A stretch of DNA of 63,474 nucleotides, filler included, from Thraustochytrium aureum (taxonomy: Eukaryota), in the NCBI GenBank assembly GCA_012862495.1. It is 10 parts of 6 records of this genome, joined end to end, with 100 filler letters (N's around TTAATTAATTAA, not from the genome) between each part and the next. Parts side by side here need not be neighbours in the genome. Positions count along the whole stretch, not along the records: positions 18,206 to 41,731 come from BLSG01000051.1; positions 41,832 to 49,177 come from BLSG01000052.1; 8 more parts are not named here. One strand, given 5' to 3'. The translations under genes and the position numbers were made by a program. The notes under the pieces are model-generated. The model saw nothing but the letters and a program-made list of their open reading frames with translations. It was not told the DNA's origin and made no database searches. This document shows, piece by piece, positions 36,267 to 46,910 of the stretch; the first letter of the stretch is position 1; each line of letters starts with the position of its first letter.

Positions 36267-37427
36267 ATGACGCGAAACGTGCATATCTACGTTCCGGAAA
36301 GCAAGGAGCGCCAGGTACTCGACATCCTCGAGGCACAGGAGGATGTGCGCAGGCTAGTCACCATCGCCTGCAAAGGGGGAAGCAAGCGCAGATTACCTTT
36401 TTGTGCGTCGAAAAGCGGCTTTCAAACATCTTGCTCGACCTGGAGTCAACTGGGCTGGGGACCGACTTTGGGTCCATTGACATTTTCGCGCTGCAGACCA
36501 CAATACCCTCGCTCAACCCGCCCAAGCCCAAGGACTACAAGCGCAAGTATCGAGTCTCGGACCGCCGCGCGGTGCGGGAGATCGAAACCTCCATCGATGG
36601 AATGCTGCACCTCACGTTCGACTATGTGCTTCTCGTCATCGTTGCGAGCCTGATCGCGTCGGCCGGCCTGCTCTCCGACTCGGCCGTGGTCGTGGTCGCC
36701 TCGATGCTGGTCAGCCCGCTGATGGGGCCGATCATTGCAGTTGCATTTGGGCTCGCAGTGGGGCGCGTTGACTTTGTGCAGACCGGGCTGCGCAACGAGG
36801 CGTACGGCTTGCTTTTGTGCTTTTTAGTGGGTTGCACCGCCGGCCTCGTCTCCGTCGCGTTTTACGAGCCGCTTGGCAACACGTACTTGACCAAGTTGAC
36901 GGGGGCGCACCTTGAACAGCGCCGAGATCGAGGCGCGAGGCCGCTTGGTGGCATTGTTCAGCGGATTTTGGACTGCGCTCCCGAGCGGCATCGGCGTGGC
37001 GCTGGCCACGACCAACGCGTCCCTCTCGGCGCTCGTCGGGGTCGCCATTTCCGCCGCCCTACTCCCGCCCCTCGTGAACTCGTCCATCTGCCTCACGATC
37101 GCTGGTGTGTACGCTGCCTCCGGGGTGGACGCAACGCTCGCCACGCACTTTGCCCAGATGAGCGTGGTCTCGTTCGCGCTCTTCGTCCTCAACTTTGTCA
37201 CGATCATTGTCTTCGCCATCCTCACGTTTCGGCTCAAGGGGGTCTCCGAGTCGTCGATTGAGTTCTCGGGCAGGCTGCGGCTGCCCTTTCGCCTCGGCGC
37301 CCGCCGCTCGGATGGCCCGGCCGACCTACAGCAAGGTGTCGTTGCTGTCGCCGACGCGAACCTCGTGTCAGTGTCCGGGGCTGCAAGCGACCTGGAGGCT
37401 GGTGCGCTGGCGCCGATGAGAGTGTAG
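36267..37427 (+). CDS. DUF389-family membrane protein (two frameshifts)
   Basis: IASAGLLSDSAVVVVASMLVSPLMGPI and LVGVAISAALLPPLVN are typical DUF389 motifs; joined from ORFs 36267, 36401, 36912. Confidence 0.85.
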
Positions 37428-37671
37428 CGTGACAAAGTCGCCCTCGGGCCTCGGCTGCCGAACACAACCTCGCACCAAAATAAAAATCAATGATTGTTTA
37501 CAGCGAGGCCGTCTTCGGCTCGGCTTTGTTACGAGCGGCCTGGCGCGGTAGCAACCACGGCAGGGAGTTGAGAAGCGCGAGGCGATTTCATGTGCTCTGA
37601 TCAGAGGAGCGNNNNNNNNNNNNNNNNNNNNNNNNNNNNNNNNNNNTCTTCGGCTCGGCCATGGGCACTGA

Positions 37672-39066
37672 TCAGAGCGCCTTCTTCGGCCCGGCCTCTA
37701 CATGCGCGCCGCCCTTGAGGCTCGAGTAGGTTGCAAACCAGAAAAAGCCATCAAGAACGGAGAACGCCTGCAGGGCGTGTACGGCGCGGTCCTTCGTCGG
37801 GTTGCTGAACCGTACGGTAATGAGCCAGCTCGAAAGGCAGAGGAACGCAAGCACTCGCGCAGTGTTGACCTTGTGCCCCTTTTCGAGGCCGTCAAAGAGA
37901 CGGCCGATGCAGATGTAGGACAGAAAGCAGACGAACTGCACGATCGGGGCCTCTGCTTGCTGGATAATGCTGAATTTGAGCAGCGCGGCGACGCTAAAGG
38001 CCATCGCGGCCAGGAAAAGCCAGACCACGTACGCACGTAGCATTGGGCTCTTGGCGGACGGCAGCCCGTCGTAGCGCTCGCGCTTGTTTGGCGCCGGCTC
38101 GGCCCACAGGCTGCGCTTGCGTTGGGGCAAGGGTGCAAACAGGGCTTGCGGGCGAAACACCAAGCGGTGGTTCACTCTGCGCTTGAAAAGTAGGCTCGCA
38201 AAGTAGCTCAGACCGCGGGCCTTTGCGGGGTCCACGTTGGCCTGCAGGCGGCGCAAGTGCTCCACGTTGGCGTAGACGGGGTCGAAGGTTTCGTACTGCT
38301 TGACGAGGCCATAGTAGTCGCGCTGCTCTGTCTCGCCTACAAAGGTCCCAAACATGCGGTCAAAGATGATGAGCACACCGCCGTAGTTGCAGTTGCCCGG
38401 CGGGCGGTGGTGCATGCGATGGTGCGACGGGGTGTTGAGGACGTACTCTAGCGGCCCCAGGTCGCCAACAAGCGTGGTGTGAACCCAGAACTGGTACAAC
38501 GTGTTGAGGGCCGAGTGCTGCGCAAAGACAAGCGGGTGGAAAAACAAAGCGCTTGGCAGCTTGAAAATCCACGAGAAAAACGGCTGCATGGCGCCCTGGC
38601 GCAGCGCCGTGGCCAGGTTGTAGTCCTCCCCCGAATGGTGCACGCTGTGAGCAGACCAGAGCAGGTGGTACACGTGGGCGTACCGGTGCATCCAGTAGTA
38701 GCAGCAGTCTACGAGGAGGAGCGATCCCAGCCAGGTCGCCCAGGACTGCGGGTCGCTGTCGACGAGGCGGAGTCGGTTGTAGATCCACACATACACCGTG
38801 GTGCCCATCAACTTGAGCCAATACTGCCAGAGCATCTGTACGGACCCCTGCAGGATGGAAACGATAGTGTCGTTCATCCGGTACACGGGGCGGCCCTTGG
38901 CCAGCGCGACGGCAGCCTCCACGCCAATCATCAAGAAGAAGTAGGGTACAGCCTGCACCATCGCGTCCGGCGCTTGCCCCGCCGTCACATGACCTGCCAT
39001 CTCGTTCGGGCCGACCCCGTAAAACATAATCCGCAGCCCCTTGGCTGCCTGAACCGCGGCCTCCAT
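37672..39066 (-). CDS. AGMO: Alkylglycerol monooxygenase (TMEM195-like)
   Basis: YYWMHRYAH, HSVHHSGEDYNLATALRQ, YQFWVHT, NTPSHHRMHH, NYGGVLIIFDRMFGTF; C-terminal KKAL dilysine signal. Confidence 0.9.
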   Translation of the reverse strand: MEAAVQAAKGLRIMFYGVGPNEMAGHVTAGQAPDAMVQAVPYFFLMIGVEAAVALAKGRPVYRMNDTIVSILQGSVQMLWQYWLKLMGTTVYVWIYNRLRLVDSDPQSWATWLGSLLLVDCCYYWMHRYAHVYHLLWSAHSVHHSGEDYNLATALRQGAMQPFFSWIFKLPSALFFHPLVFAQHSALNTLYQFWVHTTLVGDLGPLEYVLNTPSHHRMHHRPPGNCNYGGVLIIFDRMFGTFVGETEQRDYYGLVKQYETFDPVYANVEHLRRLQANVDPAKARGLSYFASLLFKRRVNHRLVFRPQALFAPLPQRKRSLWAEPAPNKRERYDGLPSAKSPMLRAYVVWLFLAAMAFSVAALLKFSIIQQAEAPIVQFVCFLSYICIGRLFDGLEKGHKVNTARVLAFLCLSSWLITVRFSNPTKDRAVHALQAFSVLDGFFWFATYSSLKGGAHVEAGPKKAL

Positions 39067-40466
39067 CTCGGCGCGCCCGACACTAGCTAGCTAGAGGACC
39101 CTCTCACTCGACCAAGCCAGCCAGCTTCCGCCCCACCCCGCCGCAGCCGTTCGTTCGAAAAGTGCGTGCAGGGCCGCCTCGCGCCAGGTGATTCGAGTCT
39201 GGCCGTCGTCCCAGGACCGGCAAGCGGCCTCCCTTGCGCCTTCATTCAATCCATCCAGCATCCGGCAGGCAGGATGCAGGCAGGCAGGGATTGCGGCGGC
39301 CGGATGTCGGGCTGCGTAACGCTGCGCAAAATCGTCGCTTCTGGTCGCATCCCAGAGGCCATCGTCCCCACCTGTCTCTCGAGTCACACTGCACACCGCC
39401 GCGGCTCGTGTGAGTTCCAGGGCGCAGAGTCGTTTCGGCGCTCTCGTCCCCCACCTCTCTCTCTCTGCCAGGGCTGGCAGCCTGCTCGGACTGGACTGCC
39501 TGCGTCGCGTGGGGCTCGGAGATACCGAGGTCGATCCAGTGATCCTCCGAGTCCAGGCTCGGGTCCTCCTCCAAGTTGTTTGATTTGTTTTGAATCAAGA
39601 TTGTGTTTTGAATCAAGATTGATAATCCATGTGGTTGGTTGGTGGTGNNNNNNNNNNNNNNNNNNNNNNNNNNNNNNNNNNNNNNNNNNNNNNNNNNNNN
39701 NNNNNNNNNNNNNNNNNNNNNNNNNNNNNNNNNNNNNNNNNNNNNNNNNNNNNNNNNNNNNNNNNNNNNNNNNNNNNNNNNNNNNNNNNNNNNNNNNNNN
39801 NNNNNNNNNNNNNNNNNNNNNNNNNNNNNNNNNNNNNNNNNNNNNNNNNNNNNNNNNNNNNNNNNNNNNNNNNNNNNNNNNNNNNNNNNNNNNNNNNNNN
39901 NNNNNNNNNNNNNNNNNNNNNNNNNNNNNNNNNNNNNNNNNNNNNNNNNNNNNNNNNNNNNNNNNNNNNNNNNNNNNNNNNNNNNNNNNNNNNNNNNNNN
40001 NNNNNNNNNNNNNNNNNNNNNNNNNNNNNNNNNNNNNNNNNNNNNNNNNNNNNNNNNNNNNNNNNNNNNNNNNNNNNNNNNNNNNNNNNNNNNNNNNNNN
40101 NNNNNNNNNNNNNNNNNNNNNNNNNNNNNNNNNNNNNNNNNNNNNNNNNNNNNNNNNNNNNNNNNNNNNNNNNNNNNNNNNNNNNNNNNNNNNNNNNNNN
40201 NNNNNNNNNNNNNNNNNNNNNNNNNNNNNNNNNNNNNNNNNNNNNNNNNNNNNNNNNNNNNNNNNNNNNNNNNNNNNNNNNNNNNNNNNNNNNNNNNNNN
40301 NNNNNNNNNNNNNNNNNNNNNNNNNNNNNNNNNNNNNNNNNNNNNNNNNNNNNNNNNNNNNNNNNNNNNNNNNNNNNNNNNNNNNNNNNNNNNNNNNNNN
40401 NNNNNNNNNNNNNNNNNGCGAGCGAAGTCGCAGACCAGCTCAGGTCGTCTGTGTCACGCCAGAGAA

Positions 40467-41471
40467 ATGGCGCGGCTGACGTGCCTTTCGTACAACATAC
40501 GGTTCGTCCTGGACCGCCACCGCGAACGGATGCCGTTGATCAAGCAGGTCCTGCGCGACGCAGATGTCATCGGCATGCAAGAGGTCCAGAACGGCGGGTA
40601 CCTCTGCGGCCAGGATCGCGAGCTCCAGCAGTTCCTCGGCGACTTTGCAGCAAACAGCGGGCCGTGCTTCCCCGCATACATCGCGAGCATCCCGGTGTTG
40701 GGGTGGCTTTTCACCCTGTTCTTCGCGAGCCCGATCGGCCTGTTGTTCCGCGATCTGTACGCACTCTTCAACAGCGTCGTCCTCGAGCCGCTGCTCTGCT
40801 GGGTCGACGGCCCCATGCTCTTCCACACGCCTGTGCTTGGCGACATCTTCTACTTTGTGCTCGGCTCGGGCTGGTCATTCGGCAACTGCACGCTGGCAAA
40901 CAACGACCTCAAGCCCCAGAGCTTTCCGCCGCTGCTGCTCGGCGGGAAGTACCGCATTGCTCAAAAGACGCTTGTGCACGTCCCGCGGAGCGAGGAAGAC
41001 AGCGACCTCGAGCCGCACCGCGTGTGGATTGTCAACGCGCACCTCAGCGACACGCCATCATTCCCGACCGAAGAGCTGCGCGCGTCTTGCGAGGCGGCAC
41101 GCCTGTCCGAGTTTCTTCGGATCGTTGCCTGGGTGCAAGGCGAGCAGGGTATTCGGCAGGATGACTCGATCGTGATCATGGGCGACCTCAATAGCCCGCC
41201 AGAGGAGAGCCTGCATCGCGTGGTGTCGGAGCAGGGTTTCGCGAGCGCTTTCAAAACTGCCAACGGAGAAGAGCCCAAGATCACCTTCCACCAAAACCAC
41301 GAGTGCACGACAAAGGACGTCGGCTTTGAGGAATGCCTCGACTACATTTTCTTCCGCGGCCCGCTCGCGGTCGAGCGCGCCGCGCTTGCCGGCAACCAGC
41401 CGCACCCCTGCGATAAGACGCTGTACCCGAGCGACCACTTTGGCGTCCGCGCCACGTTTCGCTTTTTGTGA
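40467..41471 (+). CDS. Endonuclease/exonuclease/phosphatase (EEP) family hydrolase with hydrophobic insertion
   Basis: LSYNIR, DVIGMQEV, IVNAHL, VIMGDLNS, LDYIF, YPSDHF. Confidence 0.9.
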   Translation: MARLTCLSYNIRFVLDRHRERMPLIKQVLRDADVIGMQEVQNGGYLCGQDRELQQFLGDFAANSGPCFPAYIASIPVLGWLFTLFFASPIGLLFRDLYALFNSVVLEPLLCWVDGPMLFHTPVLGDIFYFVLGSGWSFGNCTLANNDLKPQSFPPLLLGGKYRIAQKTLVHVPRSEEDSDLEPHRVWIVNAHLSDTPSFPTEELRASCEAARLSEFLRIVAWVQGEQGIRQDDSIVIMGDLNSPPEESLHRVVSEQGFASAFKTANGEEPKITFHQNHECTTKDVGFEECLDYIFFRGPLAVERAALAGNQPHPCDKTLYPSDHFGVRATFRFL

Positions 41472-41832
41472 TGATGCCTTGCTCCTTCGTTAGAACTAAA
41501 CCGCCCATGACCTTGTCTATTTGCTTCTGCCTCATCCCCGACGATCAGTGGTAGGCCTCTAGAGCTAGGTATGTAGTACCTGTGAAGCGAGGGAGAGCCC
41601 TGTCCGGGTCGGTCAGCGTGCAGGACCATTCCACCGTCGCCACCGAGGACGGGACGCGCGCATCCCGGACCTTGCAACGCCAAATCGTGGCAGACTTGGG
41701 CGCAGCAAGTCCAACGCTCTTGGATGATGAANNNNNNNNNNNNNNNNNNNNNNNNNNNNNNNNNNNNNNNNNNNNTTAATTAATTAANNNNNNNNNNNNN
41801 NNNNNNNNNNNNNNNNNNNNNNNNNNNNNNNG

Positions 41833-43890
41833 GACGACCGCTGGGCCGTCGCCCTGTACGACTACAAGGCGCAGCAGACCGGCGACGGCGACGCGGGCCA
41901 GTTTCTCAGCATCGGCGCCGGCGACGTCCTTCTCGTGAGCCCGAGGGAGAACAAGGACTGGTGGCCCGCCAACCTGAACGGCAAGATCGGCTTCGTGCCG
42001 CGCAACTACGTCAAGCTCAAACCGCCAGACTGGACACCGCAAGCGCTCTCGACGCTCCTCGAGACGGGCCCGGGCCCGGCGGCGTTGCTGCGAGCCGTCG
42101 GTCGAGCTCAGGTGCGGAGCAGGCTCCGACTAGTTTGCAGAGACCCGACAGCGAGTCCAGCAGCTCCGACGGCGAAGACGAAGCCAACAATGACGACGAG
42201 GTGGAGGACTGGGAGATCGCAACAGCGCTCTTCCCCTTTGAGGCGAGCAACGAGAGGCAGCTCTCCTTCCGCGAGGGAGAGGAGCTCTTTGTGCTCCCCG
42301 TCGAGGGCCAGCAATGGTGGGTCGCTGCCAACGCCTCCAGGGCGACGGGGCTCGTGCCGTTCAACTACCTCGAGCTTGGCCCCGCAGACGAGCTCGGCAG
42401 TGGCGCCGAGGCGGAGAGCGAGAGCGAGAGCGACGAGGCCGCCAGCGCCAACGGCGATGACAGCGAGTCCGGCCTCACAGCTGGACCCCAGAGCCCCGGC
42501 TCGGTTCATAGCGGGTCTTTGGAAGCGAGAGGCAGGGCCGGAGCAGTTGCTATTTGCCAGTACGACTTTGTCGCTCGCGAGACGAACGAGCTCTCCTTCA
42601 CGCGCGGCGAGTTCCTCTGGGTCCTCGAAACAGGCGTCGAATGGCTGCGCGCCAGGAACGACCGCGGCGACGAGGGCCTCGTGCCGTCCAACTATTTGCG
42701 GCTCATGTCGGGGCGAGCCATCCGCTCCCTTTCTAGGAGCAGCGGCCCTGAACTCGCCGACGCATCAAGCGCGGGGCCCAACGACCAGCCGCTCGCCAAA
42801 CTCGGCAACCTGCTCTTTTTCCGCGTTCTTGCAGACTTGTGCGGGCCGCCGCAGCCCGACCCTGAAGGAATCCTCGCGGCGTTTTTCCATGCGGCGTCTC
42901 GAGCCCGGCGCGGCGCCAATAGAGACTGATGCAAAGACCCTAGAGTCGAGCGACGCTGCCGCGCTTTGGGTCGTCGTGGAGGGGCGACTCGAGATTCTCC
43001 ACCAAGGCAAGCACTTTGGCGACGTCCCAGCGGGGCAGTGGGTGGGCGAGACGCTTGCTACTGGCGCGAGCGCCGGGATGGTGTCGTTGCGTTGCAAAGA
43101 GGCCTGTACTGCCGCAGTGCTCACGCGCAAAGGGTTTGCGCAGCTCGAGGAGCGACAGCCGGCCGCCGCCGCGGCGCTTCGAACCATGGCGCAAGCTCGC
43201 ACGGGCGAGGCGCTCGGCAAGCAGATCGGCTCTGGGCTAACTTCCGACCAAGAAACTCTTCTCGGCTTCCTCCTGCGCTTTCGCCGGTTTGTGGCGGACG
43301 AGATCGTTTTCCGCGCCGGAGACGCCTCGCGCGACATGTTCCTGATCGTCAGCGGCGAGGTGCACGCCCCAGAGCGGAACGAGTACCTTGGGCCCGGGGA
43401 ATGCCTGGGACGCAACAGCCTTCTGCGAGGCGAGGCGAGGCGTTTCAGCGCGGTTGCCACCAAAGGCGCAGTGGCCGTTGCGCTCCGCGGCCAGGACCTG
43501 GCTGTGTTTCTGGAGGCCGCACCAGACGCTGCAAAGGCGCCAGGGCTGCGCGACTTTGTCTGGCACAAGTCGGCAGATGCGCTGCGGCAAATCCCTTTCT
43601 TCCGCAGCGTTCCGCGGGACAAGCTCGACAAGATTGCGTCCATGTGCCGATACCAGTCCTATGAGGAGGGAGAGGCAATTATTCGCAGCGGGGAGGTCGG
43701 GAACGACTTCTTCGTGATAGAGGCCGGCGTGGTCCGGATCGAGGTCCCCCACGCGCCAAATCACCGGCCAGCCATGCCGGATCGCAGGGCCCGGGACGGC
43801 CCGGGCAAGTCCGAACCTCTGCGGCGGCCGCGAGTTAACGACACGCTCCTTGGGCCAAACGACTACTTTGGCGAAATCGCGGTCCTCCAA
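41833..43890 (+). CDS. 3x SH3 + 3x cyclic-nucleotide-binding domain region (probably N-terminal part of the PI3K gene; 5' end in gap)
   Basis: SH3s ALYDY...WW...GFVPRNYV, ALFPF...WW...GLVPFNYL, CQYDF...W...GLVPSNYL; cNMP motifs VVVEGRL...GQWVGE, IVFRAGD...LIVSGEV...GECLG, IIRSGEVGNDFFVIEAGVV...DYFGEIA; frameshifts near 42060 and 42890. Confidence 0.88.
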
Positions 43891-44348
43891 NNNNNNNNNN
43901 NNNNNNNNNNNNNNNNNNNNNNNNNNNNNNNNNNNNNNNNNNNNNNNNNNNNNNNNNNNNNNNNNNNNNNNNNNNNNNNNNNNNNNNNNNNNNNNNNNNN
44001 NNNNNNNNNNNNNNNNNNNNNNNNNNNNNNNNNNNNNNNNNNNNNNNNNNNNNNNNNNNNNNNNNNNNNNNNNNNNNNNNNNNNNNNNNNNNNNNNNNNN
44101 NNNNNNNNNNNNNNNNNNNNNNNNNNNNNNNNNNNNNNNNNNNNNNNNNNNNNNNNNNNNNNNNNNNNNNNNNNNNNNNNNNNNNNNNNNNNNNNNNNNN
44201 NNNNNNNNNNNNNNNNNNNNNNNNNNNNNNNNNNNNNNNNNNNNNNNNNNNNNNNNNNNNNNNNNNNNNNNNNNNNNNNNNNNNNNNNNNNNNNNNNNNN
44301 NNNNNNNNNNNNNNNNNNNNNNNNNNNNNNNNNNNNNNNNNNNNNNNA

Positions 44349-46774
44349 CGCCGACCCGCCGCCGACGCAGTCCCAGGACTGCCTCGCATTTCTGCGGACG
44401 CCTGGTCCAAGCTCATGATTGACGTCACACGGCAAGCTCTGGCCGTCCAGCACAGCTGGGACAGGACTGCGCGCCAGGGTCAAATGCCAGCCGGGGGGTC
44501 CTGGCCGCTGCACGTCAAGCTCGTCGGCATCCAAGACACGCACCACCTTGGCCGGCTTGAACCTGGCGAGACGCTCTGTCTCCGCATCGAGCTTGTGGTC
44601 AATGCCTCAGTGATCGAGTCTCGCTTCTCGCGCTCCTTTGCCGGCGGCCTCGTCGTCAGGCTTGATGAGGACGTTTGGTTTGGGACGCGACTGGCGCAGG
44701 TCCCGGCAACGCGCGGGTTTGCTTGACGCTCTTTGAGCTGGCGAGCCGCTCGAGCAAAACCGGCAGCACGGGCGCGCTGGAAGCACTCTCTGCGTCGCGA
44801 AGTGTCCCGGGGGCGGGGCCGGATTCTGCGGCAACCGCTGCGCTCGAAGACGCCAAAGTGTTGGCTGGCGGTGAAGCGCAACTGTTCAACCAGAGACTCG
44901 AGCTTCAGAGCGGGCCGCTTGTGGTTGTTTTGTGGCCGCGTCGGGAGGCGGAACGCGCGCTGTTTTGTCTGAACGAGCCTCACGAAGGGCGCGCCACGGC
45001 CGTCTTGCACCTCGACGAGTTCTACAAGACCGTGTACCACGAGCTCCCGCCGGGAGCGGCGGAGCCGCTCAAGCAAATCAGCGGCGCTCCTGGGGCTGAC
45101 GGCGATGCGTCGACTGCGAGCCCGCCTCATCCGCCCCCGACTGCGAACAGCTCGCCGTCCGGCGGGCTCGAGAAAAAGAAGACGCTCCTCGGGCGCCTCA
45201 TGGGAAGTACTGCGACGCAGGTCGTCGCGCAAGGCCTGGGCGAAAAAGGACAGTCAGGGGGTTTGGGGAGCGAAGGCGATGGGCCTGCAGATGGAGGGGG
45301 GCCGTCTTCTGAGAAGGCCCCTGGGCACGACGATGGGCGCGACGGCGACCTCGACGGGAGCCGTGCGCGCGACCAGCGAGATGCAGCGTTCCGGGCGCTA
45401 GAGTTGCTTGACGCACAGCACGTGGACCTTCGCGTGCGCGAGCGAGCTGTGCGAGCGCTCGAGGCAGTCAGCGACGATGCCCTGGGGGACCTTCTCCTGC
45501 AGCTCGTGCAGGCGCTAAAGTTCGAGCCCTGGCACGAGTCAACGCTTGCAAGTTTTCTCTTGCGCCGAGCGCTTCAAAACCCGCGCGAGATCGGCACGCG
45601 GCTGTTCTGGCTCCTACGGTCCCAGATGCACGAGAAGCGGTTCGCGACGCGGTACGGAATTGTACTCGTTGCGTACCTGGACAACTCGAGCGCGGCCCAC
45701 CTCTCGGACCTGTCGCAGATGGTGGACGTGCAAAACTTGCTGCAAGACGTCGCCGTTGACGCGGCCCAGAACCGCAAGCTGACATCCAAGGTGGAGCGCA
45801 ACAACTTTGTCCGGCGCGAGTTGTCGCGGCTGAACGGCCAGTTCCCGGCCAATTTCCAGCTTTGTCTGGACCCCAAAGTTGTGCTCGGCGGTCTCTTTGT
45901 GGAGTCGTCCCGGGTCATGACTTCGAAGAAGCGACCTCTTTGGCTCAAGTTTGCTCCCACAGACCCGGTCGAGGCCGGGGGCGAGTCCAAGCTTGTCATG
46001 TTCAAATCGGGCGACGATCTGCGGCAGGACCAGCTGACGCTGCAGCTGCTTCGGTACATGAACACGACCTGGACTGAGAACGGGCTCGACTTGCGAATGT
46101 GCTTGTACGAGTGTCTCGCGACAGGCGACAACGTTGGGTTTCTGGAGATTGTGACCGACTCTGAGACGACTGCCGCGATCCAGAAAAAGCACGGCAAGCT
46201 CGGCGCGCTGAGCGCGCGCTCGCTGCTGCTCTGGCTGCAGGAGGTGAACGCTGGGAAAGACTTTCGAGCCGTGGTGGACAACTTTGTGCGGTCCTGTGCC
46301 GGCTACTGCGTGGCGAGCTTTGTGCTCGGGCTGGGGGACCGCCATAGCGACAACATCATGATCAAGCGCGACGGGCGCCTCTTCCACATCGACTTTGGGC
46401 ACTTTTTGGGCAACATCAAGCGCAAGTTGGGTGTCAAGCGCGAGCGCACGCCATTCGTGTTCACCAAGGAGATGGCGCACGTCATGGGTGGTCGGAGCGA
46501 AAAGCCTTTCGCGCTGTTTGTCGACTTGTGCTGCCGTGCGTACAACGTGCTGCGCCGGCACGGCTCGCAATTGATCACGCTGTTTCGACTCATGGTGCCT
46601 GCGGGCTTGCCAGAGTTGCGCAGCGAGCGCGACCTCGAGTTTATCATGGAACGGCTCGCGCTGGACCAGAGCGACGCAGAGGCGGCGAGCCGCTTCAAGC
46701 GCGAAATCAACAACGCGTTGAGCGACACCTACCGCCGACTGGACAACGCGATCCACAATTGGAAGACCAACTAG
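44349..46774 (+). CDS. Class I-like phosphoinositide 3-kinase (C2, helical and kinase domains)
   Basis: C2-like segment 44349-44726, frameshift near 44705; helical LLQLVQALKFE, LFWLLRS; kinase MTSKKRPLWL, FKSGDDLRQD, GLGDRHSDNIM, FHIDFGHFLGNIKRKLGVKRERTPF. Confidence 0.95.
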
Positions 46775-46910
46775 CGGGAGGGGGCGATGGCGACCCAGTG
46801 TGCGCAAGCCGTGCGTGCGTGTTTGCGCGCATGCTAGCGTGCGTGGGCGACGCCTGAAAAAGAATTTTGATGAACTGTCAATGATGTTAGGGTTTTGGCG
46901 ACCTGGCCGA

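Noticed and set aside
44724..44726. In-frame TGA in the PI3K C2 region as selenocysteine or readthrough
   Set aside because: Coding continues in a different frame; a single missing base near 44705 restores VPGNARVCLTLF
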